DNA from: Spirochaetaceae bacterium | GTDB lineage: Bacteria > Spirochaetota > Spirochaetia > DSM-2461 | Direction: 5' to 3' | NCBI GenBank assembly: GCA_051531975.1 | Contig: JAOPTT010000002.1 | Coordinates: 32,001-96,000, forward strand | DNA length: 64,000 nt | In this document: positions 60,714 to 64,000 of the stretch, piece by piece | Position numbering within the stretch: position 1 is the stretch's first letter | Layout: every line of letters begins with the position of its first letter | The notes under the pieces: generated by a model | What the model was told of the DNA's origin: nothing | The model's input: the letters and a program-made list of their open reading frames with translations, nothing else | The model's database searches: none | Program-made: the position numbers and the translations under genes

Positions 60714-61510
60714 ACTAGTCCTCCATCAACATCGATAGACCCGGAACTTTGTATCTTATTAATAATAGAGGTAACTTCGTCTACTGGAAGGTTGTAATAG
60801 ATATTTGAATCGTATGCAATAGATAGTGCTCCAGTCTCCTCGGAGGCTATTAAAACAATAGAGTCTGATTCTTCTGATAGACCTAAAGCAGCTCTGTGCC
60901 TTGTTCCAAAACTCTGTTTTATATCATCCTGTTTAGATAGAGGTAAAAAACAACCTGCTGCAATTATTTTATTCCCACCTATAACAATTGCTCCGTCATG
61001 TAGTGGGGTATCGTATTCAAATAGGGATATTATTAGGGACGCTGTAACATCTGCATTAATTGTTGTTCCTGTCTCTATTATGCCTTTTAAATTCATGGAT
61101 CTTGAAAATACTATTAAAGCACCTCGCCTTCTATCGGCTAAGATATGGGCTGCAGATACTGCACTTTCTACATTATTAGACGATACCCTAGCTCTTAAAT
61201 TAAAAAGACCACTAATACCTATTTTATTAAAAATCTTTCTTAGTTCTGGTTGAAAAACTACAACAATTGCCATCATGATTACCTGGGTTAGGTTTCTCAT
61301 AACCCATAAAACTGTATCTATTTGAAACATTAATGCAAATAGAAATAGTAAAAACATAGATAACATACCTTTTACAAGGTGGACTGTTTTTGTCTGTACG
61401 AGGATTTTATATACTTGGTATAAAATAAATGTAATTATTGCTATGTCTATTAGAGGTCTTAAAACATCTTTGATAAACCAATAGTCAATAATCCAGTTTA
61501 AATAATTCAT
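60710..61510 (-). CDS. dacA: Diadenylate cyclase (CdaA/DacA)
   Basis: 3 TMs, VFQPELR, GALIV, TPLHDGA, GTRHRAALG.SE.SD. Confidence 0.95.
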   Translation of the reverse strand: MNYLNWIIDYWFIKDVLRPLIDIAIITFILYQVYKILVQTKTVHLVKGMLSMFLLFLFALMFQIDTVLWVMRNLTQVIMMAIVVVFQPELRKIFNKIGISGLFNLRARVSSNNVESAVSAAHILADRRRGALIVFSRSMNLKGIIETGTTINADVTASLIISLFEYDTPLHDGAIVIGGNKIIAAGCFLPLSKQDDIKQSFGTRHRAALGLSEESDSIVLIASEETGALSIAYDSNIYYNLPVDEVTSIINKIQSSGSIDVDGGLV

Positions 61511-62808
61511 TATTCCTCTGTAAGTTCCCCTTTCACTTTAAAATCATTAGCCCTAACCAGCTTCTTTGCCAGTAATTTAGATAATAATATTGCGTAATGT
61601 GGGTACTTTTTAATTGCATTAATATATGAGTTTCTAGATATCTTTAGAAGTTTACCTGGGCAGTTTGCATATACAGTTGCACTTCGGTGATTTTGCAGTA
61701 AAAATGCCATTTCACCCATAAATACATCCGAGGGTGTAATTCTTCCAACTAGAACCTCTTCTACATAAACGTCGTAGGTTCCAGCAATAATATAGTATAA
61801 AAAGTCACCTATTTCATCTTCCTGGAATACTAGGTCACCTTTATTTAGGTTTAGAACCTCTTCGTTACCAAAACCTTCTGGAGTATCTTTATGTATACTA
61901 ACTTCGTTATCAAAAACTAGTTTTAGTCTATTACCTTTTTTATTGTACCGGATCTCTTTAGCAATTTTTACAGCCATTTTAATTCCACGGCCATGTAGTG
62001 CCATTGAACCTTCAGCTTCTATTCGGGCTTTTAATTTATCAACATCAAATCCCTCACCTTCGTCACGGATTACAAAAATGGTCTCGTCATTATTTACAGA
62101 CCACTCAAAATATACACGTTTTCTTGCTACAGCTGGATCTTTACACTTATGGGCAATTAGATCCACAATATTTAGACCTTTTTCTAAGAACTCAGACTTT
62201 TCATCGTATGATATTCCACAGTTACCATGTTCTATACCGTTTACTATCATCTCTGATAAAACTAGTTGTAGGAACATTTTTCTTTCAGAAGATATTACAC
62301 CTCTCTGACTTAGTGCTGTAGTTATAATACTTGAATATATTGATGCTATAAATACATCGGACTCTATTAAAAATGTACCAGAAGCATTTTCCATTAAGTT
62401 ATCGATTAGAACTTTTTGGAATATTATATGTCTCTCACGGCTAATAATATCAATACTTTTAATTAGATGAGATCTTAATCTTCTCTGGTTCATCATAACC
62501 ATTATATTAACGTCTGAGTATTTTTTTAATAGTTCCTCTTCGTTATCTTTGTCATTATAAATTCCGATAATACCAAAACTATGTAACCAGGAGTCCTCCT
62601 GAATTTTATGTACAACCGTCTTGATAAGTGCTTCGCTTGTATCTGAGAAGTTTATAATTATAATCTCAGAGAGTTCATAATCTAGGAAGTCTGAAACACC
62701 ATCCTTGTTATCTAAGTGTAAAACTTCAAAATTATCGCTTGTATTAAATAGTTCAGATACGCTTTCTTGTAACTCTATATCACTATTTATAAAACCAACT
62801 GCACCCAT
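61510..62808 (-). CDS. RsbW-type ATP-binding kinase domain fused to a C-terminal cyclic-nucleotide-binding domain
   Basis: EMIVNGIEHGN, IRDEGEGFD and GRGI (HATPase); GDFLYYI..G, MGEMAFL...RSATV.A (cNMP). Confidence 0.82.
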   Translation of the reverse strand: MGAVGFINSDIELQESVSELFNTSDNFEVLHLDNKDGVSDFLDYELSEIIIINFSDTSEALIKTVVHKIQEDSWLHSFGIIGIYNDKDNEEELLKKYSDVNIMVMMNQRRLRSHLIKSIDIISRERHIIFQKVLIDNLMENASGTFLIESDVFIASIYSSIITTALSQRGVISSERKMFLQLVLSEMIVNGIEHGNCGISYDEKSEFLEKGLNIVDLIAHKCKDPAVARKRVYFEWSVNNDETIFVIRDEGEGFDVDKLKARIEAEGSMALHGRGIKMAVKIAKEIRYNKKGNRLKLVFDNEVSIHKDTPEGFGNEEVLNLNKGDLVFQEDEIGDFLYYIIAGTYDVYVEEVLVGRITPSDVFMGEMAFLLQNHRSATVYANCPGKLLKISRNSYINAIKKYPHYAILLSKLLAKKLVRANDFKVKGELTEE

Positions 62809-64000
62809 TATGACCTCTTTGTTTTAATAAATTTTGCCGATGTAAACTCTTTTGGACTAAGTCTTACCCCACGAGCTTTAACACCTTTAATTAGATAGTT
62901 ATTAACATCGTAATTATCATCTGCTACCCGTATTAATCTTTTTTGTTTAAAATCTACTGTTACAGATATATCCTGTTTAGTAGACATCTTAATAAGTTTA
63001 CCACCCTCTGGTATTAAGTGGTCGTAATCTTTATCTAATATAAACTTCTCTATTTTACACCGTTTTAGATAAACACAGTTCTCAGGACTTTTATATAAAA
63101 TATTAAAAACTATACTTTCCATGATTTTGGTATCAGCTAAACCTATATAATGTATTCCTTTGCCTAAAAATAGCTTGTCCTGAACATTAGTCACGTAGTA
63201 GTTAGTATCTTTTTTAATAATAACTACTCTATCGTATTCAGAAACATCGCAGATAATATCCCCAGTTGTTACACCGGTTCCTAGATATCCACTCTCTTTG
63301 TCGTATCTTAGTTTAAGATTTCGAACAGCAGCTTCCCTTACATCTGTTTTATTAAAAGATATAATTTCTGACTGTCTTTCAAAGTGCTTAGACCGTTTTT
63401 CCAGAATACCATCAATAAATCCTATAGCATAGGATATAATGTTTTTTAAGTGGAAATTTATCTCTTTTATACGGTCTTTAATCTCTTTCATCTCTTTTTG
63501 TACTTTGTTTATATCGTACAAAGATATTCTTCTAATAGGTATCTTTAATAGTCTCTCTATATCTTCTTCTGTAATCTCTCTTTTTATCTTATCCATAAAG
63601 GGAATAAAACCGTTTTGAACAGCTGTAACAACACCGGCTCTGGTTTTTTGTTCCTCTATAAACTTGTAGATTCTCTCTTCTATAAATATCTGCTCTAGAG
63701 TTCTAGCATGTAACCTGTCTTGTAGGTTTCTTTTTTCATTTTCAAGTTCTTGTTTTAAGATAGAGACTAACTGTTTAGCGTGGTGCTCAATAACCTGTGT
63801 CAGTGTCATAATTACAGGCATACCCTTGTTAATTAACAGAAGGTTTACACTAATAGATGATTCACAGTCTGTAAAAGCATATAAAGCGTCTTCTACATCC
63901 TTTGAATGAACACCTCTAGGTAGTTTAATCTCGATTTCTACATTCTCAGTTGTAAAGTCGTTAATAGCTCCAATTTTTATCTTATTCTTTTTAGAAGCGG
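62808..64000 (-). CDS. parC: DNA topoisomerase IV subunit A (5' part outside the window)
   Basis: Frame stays open to the window edge (KIKIGAINDFTTENVEIEIKLPRG...ALYAFTDCE.SIS); LEQIFIEERIY and LLKIPIRRIS.YD are typical of the spirochaete/chlamydial GyrA/ParC family. Confidence 0.85.
   Translation of the reverse strand, partial: ASKKNKIKIGAINDFTTENVEIEIKLPRGVHSKDVEDALYAFTDCESSISVNLLLINKGMPVIMTLTQVIEHHAKQLVSILKQELENEKRNLQDRLHARTLEQIFIEERIYKFIEEQKTRAGVVTAVQNGFIPFMDKIKREITEEDIERLLKIPIRRISLYDINKVQKEMKEIKDRIKEINFHLKNIISYAIGFIDGILEKRSKHFERQSEIISFNKTDVREAAVRNLKLRYDKESGYLGTGVTTGDIICDVSEYDRVVIIKKDTNYYVTNVQDKLFLGKGIHYIGLADTKIMESIVFNILYKSPENCVYLKRCKIEKFILDKDYDHLIPEGGKLIKMSTKQDISVTVDFKQKRLIRVADDNYDVNNYLIKGVKARGVRLSPKEFTSAKFIKTKRS

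Noticed and set aside
6293..62321. Many short ORFs antisense to or nested in real genes (e.g. 9974-10255, 17630-17881, 28932-29321, 53608-53913, 56737-57099, 61943-62308)
   Set aside because: They lie wholly within conserved CDSs, lack SD sequences and motifs, and have the composition expected of reverse-frame translation.

Overview
AT-rich bacterial DNA, most likely from a free-living spirochaete (inferred from the dacA-cdaR-acpS-DUF2225-truA and udg-priA gene order, a divergent ParC and DUF6675-like proteins). About 55.2-64 kb is core housekeeping: parC, a kinase/cNMP protein, the c-di-AMP synthesis genes, truA, UDG and priA. About 8.5-54.3 kb is a large, mostly minus-strand surface-polysaccharide locus led by a NusG paralog (LoaP/UpxY type) and a MarR-like regulator. 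It encodes GDP-fucose, dTDP-rhamnose, dTDP-Fuc4NAc, UDP-GlcA/GalA and diacetamido-uronic acid pathways, Wzx/Wzy/Wzz, and an Arn/Gtr-like periplasmic glycosylation module. About 3.3-8.4 kb is a small toxin/defence island with three HEPN-MNT pairs, an Rpn nuclease and an orphan 501-aa gene. Structure not visible in the ORF track: (i) two extra, diverged copies of the rfbB 3' end act as direct repeats separating gene cassettes, and each forms a sigma70-like promoter; (ii) a decayed, internally deleted IS66, plus a third IS66-type end that encloses the inverted nitroreductase gene; (iii) two Rpn paralogs in direct orientation bracket the locus and share an upstream box; (iv) a perfect palindrome and a structured leader lie behind the antiterminator gene; (v) manC has a stranded C-terminal tail. 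No rRNA, tRNA or CRISPR array was seen.
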